From: Harriotta raleighana
Lineage: Eukaryota
Assembly: GCA_050575255.1 (NCBI GenBank)
Contig: JBNZDD010013718.1
Location: forward strand, 3,910,540-3,974,539
Direction: 5' to 3'
Length of the DNA stretch: 64,000 nucleotides
Part shown: piece after piece, positions 13,014-24,425 of the stretch
Layout of the letters: every line of letters starts with the position of its first letter
Numbering within the stretch: the first letter of the stretch is position 1
Made by a program: the position numbers and the translations under genes
Notes under the pieces: model-generated
Told to the model about the DNA's origin: nothing
The model's input: the letters and a program-made list of their open reading frames with translations, nothing else
Databases searched by the model: none

Positions 13014-13421
13014 ATAATATTATTTGTTCAACTGGTCTCTTCAGTAAGGAAATTTGATTTTTTTTTTGCTTAGTTTGGTGTCTGACATTCCATGGAAATC
13101 CATTGTGGAAACCCACAATTTTGTCATTGAAAATAAACGTTTTTGTTTATTTTTAATGACAAGATTGATTCAGGAATTTTGAACTGAATTTTTTGGTACT
13201 TTGGATCTAATTTCTTTATAGAAGGGAATCAGTCCCAGGGAGAGAATGCACATTCTATTCGAATAACTGAAATTTCCAGGTGCAGGTGGGTTGTATAGAA
13301 CTCGGTTCAGTTTGGATACTTTTAAGCATGATAATGGGTTTCTAGTGAGCTTCAGACACCAAACTAAGCAAAAAAAAATCCAATTTCCTTCTGAGGAGAC
13401 CAGTTGAATAAATAATATTAT
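13014..13421. repeat. Foldback element with ~70-bp inverted arms (13014-13085 / 13352-13421)
   Basis: ataatattatttgttcaactggtctcttcagtaaggaaatttgatttt..gcttagtttggtgtctga is the near-exact reverse complement of tcagacaccaaactaagcaaaa..tccaatttccttctgaggagaccagttgaataaataatattat. Confidence 0.9.
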
Positions 13422-14039
13422 TACACATTTCTTGAATCGACTGGGGTAGTTTCAGTGAAACCTTTTTTGCAAAAAGTCAGCACATTTAATGATTTACTGC
13501 AGTTACGTTTGCACTGGGAGGCAAGGCTGCATGGTGAAAAATCTATTAGGTATAAATTCTCCCTCTTGCTCGATGTAAATCAGAGCAGACATCTTATAGT
13601 CAACATGATGTGCATCCCATATAAAACTACTTCCAGGGGGTTTGTCCACTGTTCGGCTATTGTGTTGCCTGGCACTTGTGAATTGAAGTAGGTGGGAAAT
13701 TAATAAAATTACCCAGAGGATAGGTTCTGCACATTTTAAAAATTGGATATTATAATACACAGCAAATTTGGAGCCATTTGGAAATCTGCTCTGATCAGAT
13801 TTCCATAAGATTCTGCTTTGGATGGAGCAAATGATTCCTCCATTTAAAATAACTAATATTGAATTTGCCAGTGATAATACAAGATTTTTTGATCCTTTTT
13901 CTCTAGCAAAACTGGCATCATAGTGCTGTGAAGTCAGTGTCTCTGTTCACCCATTTCCCCCTCTGAAATTCTTGTGATAACTCTCAAAATCTCAGGCAAG
14001 AGGGAAGGTGAAACTTCAAATGTATGGGGAGAGCAATTA

Positions 14040-14420
14040 ATTATCCAAGGTCCTGTGTGTGCCAGTTCAAATGGATGTTAAAGATCCCATGGTATTATTC
14101 GAAAAAGGTGATTTCTCCTGTACCCTGAACAATTCCCCAGATAAAAAATTGCTCTTCCACATCACATCTATACATGGGAAACTGCTATGGCTGCTGTGTT
14201 TACCTATAAATATTATGCCACTGAAAATAAAATAATCCTTATGTTTGATAATAGAGCCTTTTTATTATTATCAAATATCTCCAAGTGTTTCACAAGATAT
14301 ACTGGGGAATGTAGTGACTGTGTGTTTTATACGCAAAAACACCTTGCAGCAAATGCTGTGAAGCACTTTCAGACATTCTGACAATATGATAAGATGCTTT
14401 ATCAAAAGCCAGGATTGTAT
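14040..14420 (+). mobile_element. Decayed Deu-domain SINE fragment
   Basis: ggatgttaaagatcccatggtattattcgaa (Deu core) followed by the ctgtgaagcactttcagaca...ataagatgctttatcaaa tail. Confidence 0.6.
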
Positions 14421-15519
14421 TGTTATAATGCTGCAGGACAGGTAGCAGCAGGCTTGGCACTCTCTACATCCACCAGCGAAAGATAACCGTGCAAAGCTTT
14501 ACAACAAAGATTCAACAGCAGCATTGTGGTGGAAATTATTAAAGGGACACAGTCTATTTCATTATCGGTGCAGATAACTGAAAGATCTCTTTTTGTCCCA
14601 GTTATCATCATTTGTCTTCAACTATAAACCCTACGGCATATTCTGACCACTGAAAGTCTCCTCTACCCACCAGTCTTTCACATTAAAGTTGTCTGTTTGA
14701 AACCAAGCTGATTTTATCAAAGCAAACATAGAACTACTATTTTAAATGTAGGTCCTGTATTGATGATGAATTAATCCTCTTTTGTACAAAGAGCAGGATG
14801 GAAACAGTCTCAAAAAGGCACCTATTTCACATAAAACTAATTTATTAATTAAAAACCCAGAGTGACATGGCATAATCAAACTTTAATCATTTTGCATTAA
14901 TATATGCATTTGCCAATGGTAGAATCATAATACTAATTTCTTCTGTTTGAAATCCCAGTTACCCTAGGGAAATACATCAGATAACATGCTCATAGCCTCA
15001 TTATCACCCTTTCGAGGTCTACTACAATGCACCTGGGACAGAGTTAAAGAGAACGTCCTAAATACATTATGACTGTGAGGATGCAGACGGCTGTCTGTTT
15101 GTCAATAAACTAAGCAATAATTAATTACTGCATTGGTGTGAGCACAGAGTGAAATCCAGTGCTTGCACTTCTGTTTCATGTCGCTCACTAATAGTCTGCA
15201 AACTCAAGGACATAGTCAACTTAGAATAACGCTTTATAACACACTACCTCTGCATCTCTTTATGTGTTGTGATGTGACGTGCACTATAGCCTATTAGTTG
15301 ATAGTTTCTTAAACTAATGTAGAATGATCCAGTATCTAGTCTCAAAGCTGCACAGAATTTCTCATACAAAAAATTGGGTTCTGTGTTCATTTTTAAAGGA
15401 TCCAAGCAATGAGGCACGTACCATTCCCTAAACTGTAGGAATATCCAGAATAATATATACTATTGCCTTGGGTTTAAGTCATTCATTCATTGAAAATGAA
15501 AAGAAACAATGACAAACCC

Positions 15520-15890
15520 ATGGCCACAGCTGGAATATTGTATTCAGTTTTGGGTGGTGCATTGCAGAAATGATATAAGGAACATCAAGAGGGTAATAGT
15601 GGTGGTTCACAAGGATGATATGATAGGATACAGCTTTGAGGAGAGCTAGAGTGGTTAGGCTTATTCTCGTAGGAGCAACAATGGTTGAGGGGTGATATGG
15701 TAGAGATGTTCAAGATAATGAAAAGGTTTACGAGAATTAATCATAAAGTACTTGTTCTGCTAGTAGAGAATTCGAGAACAAGAGGACATGCATTCAAGGT
15801 TGTGTCCAGGAATAAAAGTTTGTTCGATCTTCCTCTCCCAGAGGGTTGCCATGGTACAGAATGAAATGTCAGGTAAAGCTGTTGCGTCAA
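15520..15890 (+). mobile_element. Decayed CR1 LINE ORF2 3' fragment
   Basis: Frameshifted remnants of PQLEYCIQFW, LRGDMVEMFKIMK, RTRGH and SQRV, the canonical CR1 ORF2 C-terminal motif order. Confidence 0.75.
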
Positions 15891-16659
15891 GAAATTACAC
15901 TCAAAGTACAAGTAAACACAAATAAATTAATTCATCATAGATGGTAAACAGAATTATCCACACTCGATTTATAGATCCATCAAGGAAAGGTAAAATTGTG
16001 GTTATTCAAGTAGTCAGGTACATTGTTAACTTATAGATGCACTGTGGGATTCACATAAAGTAAGCTAATGAGTTTAGAGAGAATTAAAATTCCTTCTCTT
16101 AATTCAATTTTTGAGAACAACAAACGAATTATAAATTGTCAGAATTTATGACAAGGCTGATTGATTGTCTAATGAATGTTTAAACGTGTGATGGAGGCTG
16201 ATTCAATGAATATTCATATACATGCAGTCAAATTTAATAACCACACTTTAGCGTATCCTACAGAATAAATTTGTTAATTGAGGAATGTCTCCAGTCTTTG
16301 CTAAAGGCTTTTATGGTGTCATTAAATTGCACAAAGGTAGTAGAAAATACAAAGACCAACAGACATCATTATGAACAAAATCAATGACCACAAACTATTT
16401 ATTTGTTGATTAATTCACAGCAATATATGATCACTGGCAGTTTTATTGTGTGCCCAGACAGTCAGCAAATGATGTGAATGGTGATTTTAAAGGACTACAC
16501 GTAGAGAATATCTTATATTCTCACATTCAAGAAACAAAGTTAACAGAAGAGAAAAAAACACTTGCTCTTTGTTTTTGCCAATCTGAGTGTCTGACGTGTA
16601 GAAACCCTTCACCATACTTAAGAGTATTCAAACCATGTTTGTCATACAAATCTTTGTGT

Positions 16660-16803
16660 CTGGAATAGAATGTACACTCTCTCCAGGGAGGGATGAACCC
16701 AGCTCACCTAATTCCAGAGAGGATTAGGTTGAGGTTAGCAAGAGTCAAGACTTGGGAACTCCCAAAGCATACATTGGGGTCCTGCTGAAACTTAACCAGT
16801 TAA
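16660..16803 (+). repeat. Unclassified ~145-bp interspersed repeat, copy 1
   Basis: Colinear with 33718-33861 and 55513-55658 (tggaat.gaatgt.cactctctc...gga.gga...ct.accta.tt...tagg...cattgggg...tg.a.cttaaccag.taa). Confidence 0.8.
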
Positions 16804-17797
16804 AATCTTTCCCTCTTAAAACATCATTTGCAATCAGCAAACAATGCAAAGTCAAAGGCGACTCATCCGTTTAAAAGTAAATCAGGAAAGAGCAAAGTTT
16901 ATTTAGTTTTGTAGATTTCTGCATCCCATCCAATTCATTTCAAGAGTACTCAATTCCAACTATAAGCAAGCTATTTCTTGTATTGGAAGATGTGTCTTCA
17001 ATGCACACACTTTGCTGGCAATGTAGCTCTGATCATCTGAGCGAGATATTGAACCACTGTTTAATGGGTTTTACTGCAACATTTTGAAAGTTACTGTACT
17101 GTGTTTTATTGGATTCTCTACTTAACTAAAGTGGTCAGATCAGGGGCACTCAGAAGGGCAGGGTGAATATACAAGAAATTGTATTGATGTAATCAGTGAC
17201 TGCATCTTGACACAACACGTGAAACAGAGTACAAGATAGATTTAGTGTTTACCAGGGCAACGCAAAGTTGGTTATTTAAAAGGAGCTGTCACGCATGGAT
17301 CACTCAAAAGAAGCAGCAAATCATTATAAACAAGTAAAAAAAGATCAGTACTTTAAAGAGATCATTACATGACAAACTGTCTATTTCCCATTTTCAGTCA
17401 AATTGGTAAATTGGGTAAGATGCTAAGGGGAAGCGACTTGCATGCACCTCTCAATGGGCAGTTAGAGAGGGTCATTGGTAGTAGCATGTCAGCCTACCTG
17501 CTTTTTCAGAAATGCAAAAGACAGTGCAAATAATACATTACAAACATTCAGTGAATAAAGTGATAGAGATCATTAATGTATGTGAAATTGTCTCACAAAG
17601 GAGCTAAGCAATAAGGCTTTGATAAGATCATTTTTTATTCGCTATACTGTACGTAGCTACTCACTGACAATTATGAAATGTATTCTTGTATACTACAGTT
17701 ACATTGAGATTGAGCATCAACTAAGTTATTAGCATGTTACAATATAAAGCTGTATGTAAAATTGTGTTACATAGTTTGAAAAAGTGGCAATACTTAC

Positions 17798-17907
17798 TTT
17801 TTGATTCTTTCTCCAAATGATGCTATTGTATCAAGAATGTTTTGCCCTGAGATGACAATATCTTGAACCATGTGGATTTTATTTATTAATCCCTTCTTCT
17901 CCATGTC
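17798..17907 (-). CDS. MCTP2: MCTP2 coding exon
   Basis: 110 bp, tttcag| and |gtaagt. Encodes [36 protein letters not shown](N), phase 0/2. Confidence 0.95.
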
Positions 17908-18127
17908 CTGAAATTTAAAAAAAAGTAAATTTGTTAAATAAATTGCTAGTAATTTTTTTTAAAAAGAAAAAGCTCTTTTGAAACATGACTAGGACTTTAA
18001 TGCAGTCTTGGATACAAATTCAACAGCAACTGTTGAAGTTAAGGATGTCTAATGCTCAGATGTCCCGAAATCAGATGACATGTTAACGATCACCACATTA
18101 TCATCGGGGATAATAATCACACTGGAT

Positions 18128-18320
18128 ATCATTCTGTGAAGCACTTTGAGACATTTCAAAGATGCAATAAGGTGCTATATCAAAAGAAATGATTACTATT
18201 ATTGTTATTTCGCCCGCAAATATGCAGTCAATTCACTTTACAGCATATTCTGTGAAGTGTTTTGAGATACCTAGATGATGTGCAAAGTGCTATTTCAAAT
18301 GCAAAGATTATTCTTATTTT
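18128..18320 (+). mobile_element. Two SINE 3' tails in tandem
   Basis: attctgtgaag...tttgaga...gtgctat.tcaaa...gatta occurs twice, at ~18130-18210 and ~18210-18320. Confidence 0.75.
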
Positions 18321-18949
18321 TCAATTCTGTGGAAGGATTTGGCTTGCAGTACCAATAAGGGCTGTCAATCACACTAATGGCAACTGAAAAATAACTAATC
18401 CTATTCACTTCCACAAAATCTACACCAGTTTGGAATTGGTATTTGCTTTGATGCAGTTCAGTAATGTATACAGTTTTGTTTCCTCAGCCCAACCATGAAC
18501 AGCAGCTGGGCATCAGTGGCAACCATGCATGAAACACTGTCTGCCGTTTGCTGAGAGTGAGAATGGGCAGCGTGCTGTTAATGCTGTGGAGTTGAGTAAA
18601 GATTCCCTACAAACCTCCAGGACAAGTTTACACTTGTAGCTTTATGTGCAAAGTACAACTGACAGCAGAAGCCTGCCTCATGCTGGGTTTCTTCTCACTT
18701 TCTGATCGAACAACACAACAAGATGAAAACACTACTTTACAACAGAATGCATTACTGCCCACAGAAGAAAGATTTCATACTGACTCCAGTGTGAAACAAC
18801 ACTCCATTGTAGGCTTGTGTCAAAATAAAAGCTAGATACACTGTTTCCCAGACTTCTTTACAAACGCTATTCTGAATCAATGCTCTCCCATCTCTAAACA
18901 ATCTTTTATCATCTTTAGGGCACCTGGGATTACATACAGTTAACTAGAC

Positions 18950-19118
18950 CGTTGAAATGGAAACTGATCATTGGGCCCAACAAGTCCATGCAAGGTTTGC
19001 CTTCATCCCTTTGAATCCCCTCTCTTGCTTGCATCAAGTTTATTCTTAAATATATTGATACTTTCCGCTTCAACCACAACATGCAACAGCAAGTTCCACA
19101 TTCTCACCCTCCTCTGTA
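18950..19118 (-). mobile_element. CR1-like LINE 3' end remnant
   Basis: gatcattgggcccaacaagtccatgc...ttcaaccac...agttccacattctcacc. The same tail motif recurs at ~22140, ~25295-25420, ~41580 and ~57065. Confidence 0.55.
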
Positions 19119-20718
19119 TTTTTTCCATTGGCTTTTAATCTTAAATTTGCTTTGACATACTATGCACTTGTAAATTACAAGTGCCAAAAGAAAATCCCCA
19201 TTTGCCAAGCTCCCAAACTCAGCTGTATCTTCGGGGAGCTGCCAAGAGGAGGCTAAGTGCTTTCCCACAGAGATGAAGGTGACTGTCTAGTCACATCACA
19301 CTCAGTACATGCACTTCCCACTTCCCATCTCAAAAGCAGCATTAGGACAGGCCTAGGAGCAAACTGCTTGTTCACCTTGTCCTACAGGGAATGGTGCTTT
19401 GCACAGAGACTTCAAAAAGGGCGCAAAAAAAGGTTTAAAAGAAGAAATTAAATACTTCACATATGTTACAAAGGTAGATTAATTTTGTTTTTAATATACT
19501 CTTGCTACCATTTCCACTGCAATCTAGTGTACATGTTGTGTGTTGGGAGTCATTTTGAAACAAACCATTAACCTGGTCCACAATGCTCGATGCAAACCAC
19601 AATATTTAAGTTTTCTTTACCAAAAGACTCATGTTAGTCATACAAACACGTATACTTGTCAATGACAGATTAGCGATGAGTAACTCAAAGCAGCAAGGGG
19701 TGAACACTTCAGCACTTAACACGTTGGTGCTACAAAGCAGTAAAGTGCATCCATGTGAAAGAGTCACTCTGAATGAACCTTGCAGATGGTATTTAAGAAA
19801 TTTGACAGACTGAATAATATTTCCATTGCCCAGTGAAAAGACAGTTCAAGATCATATATACACACAAAAAAACATACAAATGGCTGAATCACCATTTGCC
19901 ACAGGCAACTTATATTGTTTGTTTCTGTGGCAAATTACCAAGATTTTGGCAGGGATGGGAAACGCAGATGTTGCTTTGAATTCTGCTTTGAATTCCGCCC
20001 CAGGAGAGTAAATGGGGCAAATACCTAGTTGTTTAGTGTCCCGCAAGCTGAATGCATCAGTATTCCCCGTCTTCAGCAGACCAGCAATTTTAATCAGCAG
20101 ACACAGGTTAGTGTAATAAACAAGGTAATGTTGTTTCCTCAATCGTCTGGAATCCTTTTAAAGCTACCAAAGCCATAGCACACATGCTGCTTGCAACAAT
20201 ATCACCGCTGTAGGGTAGTGGTATCTCATCCTTTCCTTCTGAAGCTAAATTTAAATCTCTTCAACCAGATGTTAATTGTTGAGGTAGAAAAGAACCCTGT
20301 CAGTTATGAATCATAGAAGCACAGAAATATTTGCAAAGGAAACCTTTAGACCCTATTGAACCTATGTTGAAGCTATCTCTCCTAGTCTCAGCTCTATCCC
20401 AGTGCCTCTACAATGTTCCTACATTTTTTTGGTTTCCTTTGCCCTTTGCCCTGTTCAGGTTAACCTTGAATCCACTTTTGCTTTGAATCTAAAGTCAAAT
20501 CTATTTCACAGAAACAGGAGCACATCGATTATGCATCCTCTGTTGAAATGGAACCCAAACACTTGTGTCTTAACACTTCAAGAATGATCCGTTTCTTGAA
20601 CGAAATCCAGACACAGTAGGTGCAGAATCATTCTTTCTTGGGATTTTAATGGAAGATTCCTGGATTGAGATTTGTCTTGAGGAAATGCTTTTTTTTCTCT
20701 TGATGAAATCCTCACAAA

Positions 20719-20909
20719 TGCTGATCTAATTTGCGGGTTGTGTTAAGCATGTTTAAGCACGAGAAGGATTACTGGCTCCCTTAGCTATATTAACAATCGT
20801 TAATCCTTTTCACTGGGTGCTAATTGCATAATTAAGGGTAAACCGTAATCCCCCTCCCTACACACACGTTTACACATGGTTTACAGAACTCGCAAATTAG
20901 ATCCCAGCA
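20719..20909. repeat. Long imperfect palindrome (~190 bp)
   Basis: gatctaatttgcgggttgtgttaagcatgtttaagc...ggattactggctccctta pairs with taagggtaaaccgtaatcc...gtttacacatggtttacagaactcgcaaattagatc. Confidence 0.8.
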
Positions 20910-21720
20910 CCTGCCTAATGAAACACAAACTAGCCTCAGCATGAGCAATGCAAAATCGCCAAAATCAGATCAAGTGAATCAGATGAAATCAGATCAAACG
21001 TCATTCTGTACACAAGACAATGCCTTCCATATAAAGCAAGCTCGCAGAGCAGTGGCAAACCAAAGGAAAAAATATGTTCTTGAACACTTCAGGCAATAAT
21101 TACATGATACAACTAGGTGATATACACCACTCACTTGTGACCTCAAGATTAGTGTCATATTCCATTCAGAAGAAGCATAATACTGGATGTAGCACTTCCA
21201 ATTGGATGTGGAGGAGGAAAAGAGATGTCACACTCACAGTCCAGATATGGTATTTAGTAACCTTGTATTCATTGTTAACGCAATAATTATCACAGGGGAT
21301 AATTAACCCGCTGCACTATCTTTCCCCTAAACATTTACATATCAACTAACTTGAAAAACTTCACAACAAATTGTAGAAAATAACTTATTCCAGTAGTTCA
21401 GCCTGATGGTACTCTTTACGAGTCCTATGATAACAAATCCTGTATGTAGTTTATTTAATCTCAATCTCATCCTATCAGATTCTAGATTTGCTGATGGGCT
21501 TCTCTATCCCCCAAAATACCTTTTCTACAAATCATAGATTGAGCTGATTGTGTTATTAATTCTTTCACTTTTTGATATTTGATTAGATTAAAAGAAATGC
21601 TCTTTGAAGCTTTAGACAAAACACAATCTTTTCAAAGTTGCTGTCACAAAATTGAATAATTTCAGAATTTAAAGTAATTAAATGTAGTTTTACAATATTT
21701 ATTTGTACAACTAAGAATTA

Positions 21721-22133
21721 CAGTAAAACCTTGTTTATCCGTGACTCAATGAACCAGAAAATCCGTTCAACCTCCATCTCCAAAAAAAAATCCAGATTCA
21801 ATCCAGCGAAAAGTGATGATGCGTTTAACAAATCGACTGTCACACGCGAATACTGGTATAGGTACTTGTGGCTGGCCACTAGTCGGGTCTAAACTCGCTC
21901 CTGCTCCTTTTAAAAGTTGCGTTTTTTTTTACCTCTATCGGGTGAGGGCTGCCGTTGCGAAGTTAAGTATGAATAAAAGTACTAATACACTATTCTGTTA
22001 TTATTTATACTATTATTAATATGGTATGAGTTAAAATAATTTTTAACTTTTAAATAAAAATCCATTCAACCAGAAAACTATTTAAGCACCACTGGCCAGG
22101 TCCCGTGGGTAACGAAAAAACAGGGTTTTACTA
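21721..22133. mobile_element. Tigger-like MITE, family A subtype 2, short copy (inverted relative to 28644-29715)
   Basis: TA|cagtaaaaccttgtttatcc left TIR and decayed right TIR cagggttttacta|ta. Both ends are reverse complements of the ends of 28644-29715. Confidence 0.88.
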
Positions 22134-22292
22134 TAATAACAGGTCATTCAGCCCAACCATCCAACCAGTTGTGTTTATGCTCTTTGCGTGTTTCCTTGCG
22201 GGGAACTGGGAAACTGAGAACAATGTGCAGTCATGTGAAGGTCTAGCTTCATCTTGAATGCATCTATAATATCTGATTCAACCCCCAGTTCC

Positions 22293-22425
22293 AGCAGCAG
22301 CAACAACGAAAACAAAATTAAACTTATATAACGCCTTTCACATCAGGAGGACGTCCCAAGGCACTGGACAGTCACTGTTTCAGACCCAAGGTGGGGACAG
22401 TGGGGGGAGAGGGAGGTGGGGATTA
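22293..22425 (-). mobile_element. L2-type 3' tail nested in a CR1-like remnant
   Basis: caacaac...acttatataacgcctttcacatcaggaggacgtcccaaggcactggacagtc...gacccaagg, matching 59022-59262. The flanks 22135-22290 and 22435-22560 look like an interrupted CR1 tail. Confidence 0.7.
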
Positions 22426-24127
22426 GGAGTTGCTGATGGGAAGTTCTATAATCTCACTAATTTCTGCATGAAATAGTGTTTATGGACTCCCCAACCAATG
22501 GAAATAAACTACAGTATATATGTCAACCTTACCAAACCCTTTTATAACTTTAAGCACATTGGTCCAAGCAAACACCATTCACAAAACTATAGGAAGATTA
22601 AAACATCCCACACACACACAGCACATTTTTTGCAAGACTTCTCTTATTCTGCAAAATTACAAAATGACAACTGATCAGAACAAAGTGTAACTGGAGTGCA
22701 CAGCAACTGATTTGGGCTATTCAGTAGAAGCCCAAAATCACATTGGCTGGAAATTGGTGACGGAAAGTCAAATATGTCTGTCAGGCAAACATATCTGGTC
22801 CATCTACTAACAAAGGCCTGGAACAATCATCAACTGAACTTTAAAGCTGGACTCAGTCAAATGGGGAACTGAGAACAAGAAGTTATCATCAGACTGCCCA
22901 AGGACATATATAAGAAGCCGCCAATGATTTTAAGCACTAGTTGGGGAGCCTTTTGACAGTGCAAGGTTCAGCCCTCATCTTACTTACTTTGTGTTTTTTG
23001 GAATGAATCTAAAATATCTGGCACTTTTGCACAGTGGTAGCAATAAAACCCAGATTAACAATGGAATTTTGCAGGCTGAATCTGATCAAATCTGACTGAA
23101 GCTAGCCAATTACCATTAAACTTAACCTGGTTCATTCATGTCCATTTCAATATTACTTTTTAGCATTCATGCTGTTTTTCATTAAGATATCATATACAAC
23201 AACAACAACTTGGATTTATATTGTGCCCTCCACACCGGACGGCATCTCAGAGCGCTTATTGATCATTGATCTGCAGATGGCTAGATTTTCACTGTTTTTT
23301 TTTAAATCACCTTAGTTTGAATAACCCAAAATGTGCATGCAAGCAAATTCAGGAAAAGTAAAATTCACAAAAGATAAATCTTAACCCTTGCAAAGACTAT
23401 TGCCTCAATTTTAAATTTGTGCTGGAAGCACGACATAACAGGCACCCTCTGTAATAGAGTCTAAAGAAACACTTTCCGCAGACATCATCTACCTCTAATC
23501 CCATGGGAAAACACATCAAGGCACAGGCTTCTTCACCCTAAGTGATCATGAGTCACCTCACAACAAATTAGACCACATATAATAACAAACTGGCACAACA
23601 CTGAGCTTTTAACATTTGAGTGCCATGGAGACATTCTAAAGCTTTTGATGAATGCCATCTTGTATTTAAGAAGCTGTGCTCCTCCAAATATATACCATTC
23701 TGAGTTTTATTAAGGAACTCAAGTGGAAAATGGGTTAGAGGTAAACGCAAGGCTAGCAAAAAGACTCTGTCCTCAGGTGGCTAGGGAATACTTCAAGCCA
23801 CGAGCATTTAAAATCCAGAGAAAATATGCTCCTCTGCTCAAGTGTTTTGCTCCTATAACATTTAACATTGTGCAGATAGAAAAAAAAAACTTTCAAAATG
23901 TCAAACATGATTTATTGTGAAAACGCTTTACAAATCAGAGTTTACAAAAGTAATGTTTCATAGTTAACTCACCTTCTAATTTACTCCTATAACCTTGGAG
24001 GCTAACACTTAATGCAAGACAATGAAAGCAACTAGTGAAGCAGCCACTTTATTTGCCTATGGATGTCCTATAACAATAAACAGATTTGTAGCCAAAAAGT
24101 TGTTCACTACTGGAGTTAAATTTAATA

Positions 24128-24425
24128 AAAATAATAATCCTTTAATTTGATAAGGCGCCTTATCACGTCGTTAAAGAGCCTCAAAGCACTTCACAGAATA
24201 TACTATAAAGTGGATTGACTGCATATTTTGTGGGCAAAACCTGGCAGCCAGTTGGCACAGCTGGCTAACAATTCCCCAGATAAAATTGATCAAAATGTCA
24301 TGGCTATTTGTGGGTTGTCGCTGGTGTACAAATGCAGTCACTACACTTAATACTGTAAAATCATTTGGAGCACTTTGAGACACCCTGCTGACCTGAAAGT
24401 TGCTAGGTTCAGGATTAATTATTAT
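24128..24425. mobile_element. Two SINE 3' fragments in opposite orientation
   Basis: 24128-24275 is the reverse complement of the SINE tail (aataataatcc...aagcacttcacagaatatact). 24300-24425 is a decayed plus-strand tail (gcactttgagaca...ggattaattattatt). Confidence 0.7.

Noticed and set aside
15105-15320. Possible Eulor-like palindrome starting taagcaataattaatt
   Set aside because: Arm pairing is too weak to call by eye.
19894-19940. 11-bp hairpin atttgccacag/ctgtggcaaat
   Set aside because: Short enough to arise by chance in 64 kb; no other support.
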